Virus record (IMG/VR): IMGVR_UViG_3300050015_000092
Span: 1-26,483 of that record
Length of the DNA: 26,483 nucleotides
Strand: one strand, 5' to 3'
Source: a virus
Lineage: Duplodnaviria; Caudoviricetes
Both the position numbers and the translations under genes were made by a program. Shown here one piece after another: positions 26,184-26,483 of the stretch. Position 1 is the stretch's first letter; each line of letters starts with the position of its first letter. The notes beneath the pieces were generated by a model. That model was not told the origin of the DNA. It worked only from the letters and a program-made list of their open reading frames with translations, and made no database searches.

Positions 26184-26250
26184 AGCAACCTTTGCCTTTG
26201 TGCATTGGTGGGACTTTGACCTTGGTAGGTCGTCCTGTAGATTTAGCCAT
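26182..26250 (-). CDS. 22-aa basic microprotein MAKSTGRPTKVKVPPMHKGKGC (not in the ORF track)
   Basis: AGAAAGG upstream, TGCTATACT extended -10 at 26284-26276, stop codon directly before the terminator. Confidence 0.6.
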   Translation of the reverse strand: MAKSTGRPTKVKVPPMHKGKGC

Positions 26251-26266
26251 ATTTATGTTTCCTTTC

Positions 26267-26275
26267 TTATCCACA
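26267..26275 (+). promoter_or_regulatory. Perfect DnaA box TTATCCACA
   Basis: Exact consensus 9-mer in an intergenic promoter region; only one copy seen. Confidence 0.35.
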
Positions 26276-26322
26276 AGTATAGCAAAAGTGTTGTTGATAT
26301 TAAATAATGTTTATGCTATAAC
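26276..26322. promoter_or_regulatory. Divergent sigma70 promoter pair
   Basis: Minus strand: TGCTATACT (26284-26276). Plus strand: TTGATA (26294-26299)-17-TATAAC (26317-26322) with extended TG. Confidence 0.6.
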
Positions 26323-26359
26323 AGATGCAGAACGGCGATGCGTTTGTACATTGACCAAG

Positions 26360-26401
26360 TTTTTACTTAAAGTGGTATCAAACAAACACTTAAAATAAAA
26401 A
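26360..26401. repeat. Imperfect 15-bp inverted repeat (13/15) with 12-nt spacer
   Basis: tttttacttaaagtg ... cacttaaaataaaaa. Confidence 0.5.
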
Positions 26402-26483
26402 CAACAATTAACACACCTCCCTATATAAAAACTCCACCTCGATACATAAGTTTCTCAATATGATTCGGTCTTTCCTCGCAGAA

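Larger units (their letters stand above)
1..26483 (+). mobile_element. Tailed dsDNA phage/prophage segment with podovirus-like morphogenesis and lysis modules
   Basis: Co-oriented terminase, portal, scaffold, capsid, adaptor, nozzle, ejection proteins and lysis genes. No integrase or att site is visible, so free phage versus prophage cannot be decided. Confidence 0.95.

Noticed and set aside
26192-26398. 68-aa + strand ORF starting at TTG
   Set aside because: No RBS; it runs across two promoters and is antisense to the better-supported microgene.
26367-26414. Minus-strand 15-codon hydrophobic ORF (MLIVVFILSVCLIPL) as a type I toxin
   Set aside because: GGAGG lies too close to the GTG for normal initiation, and hydrophobicity is expected from T-rich DNA.
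1-26483. Stop-codon reassignment (TAG or TGA recoding)
   Set aside because: Long genes are intact under the standard code, and TAA, TAG and TGA all occur at sensible gene ends.
1-26483. CRISPR array, tRNA, diversity-generating retroelement, integrase/att site, intron or intein
   Set aside because: By eye I saw no regular repeat-spacer pattern, cloverleaf, reverse transcriptase, template/variable repeat pair, integrase or splicing motifs.

Overview
The window is a contiguous piece of a tailed dsDNA phage or prophage, almost all on the + strand, standard genetic code. It has a podovirus-like layout with no tape measure or tail tube/sheath gene. Gene order: small translationally coupled early genes (one RyR-domain-like, one 55-aa membrane protein missing from the ORF track); a RecA/UvsX-like recombinase with an N-terminal Cys4 zinc finger; a ribbon-helix-helix-like protein; terminase large subunit; portal; scaffold; major capsid; head accessory proteins; an antisense free-standing NUMOD4-HNH endonuclease; fibre/decoration proteins; adaptor and nozzle; ejection proteins including a 1243-aa protein; a second fibre; a lysis cassette (membrane protein, Cys/His peptidase endolysin, holin); two orphans; and a terminator. 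Beyond the terminator is a divergent promoter region with a complete 22-aa basic microgene and a perfect DnaA box. Other notable points are an in-frame internal start in the endolysin, repeated gene-junction sequences with an 11-codon minigene, many sigma70-type extended -10 promoters in the structural region, and a structural protein with apparently nested domain insertions. All product calls come from motifs recognised by eye plus synteny; no database searches were run.
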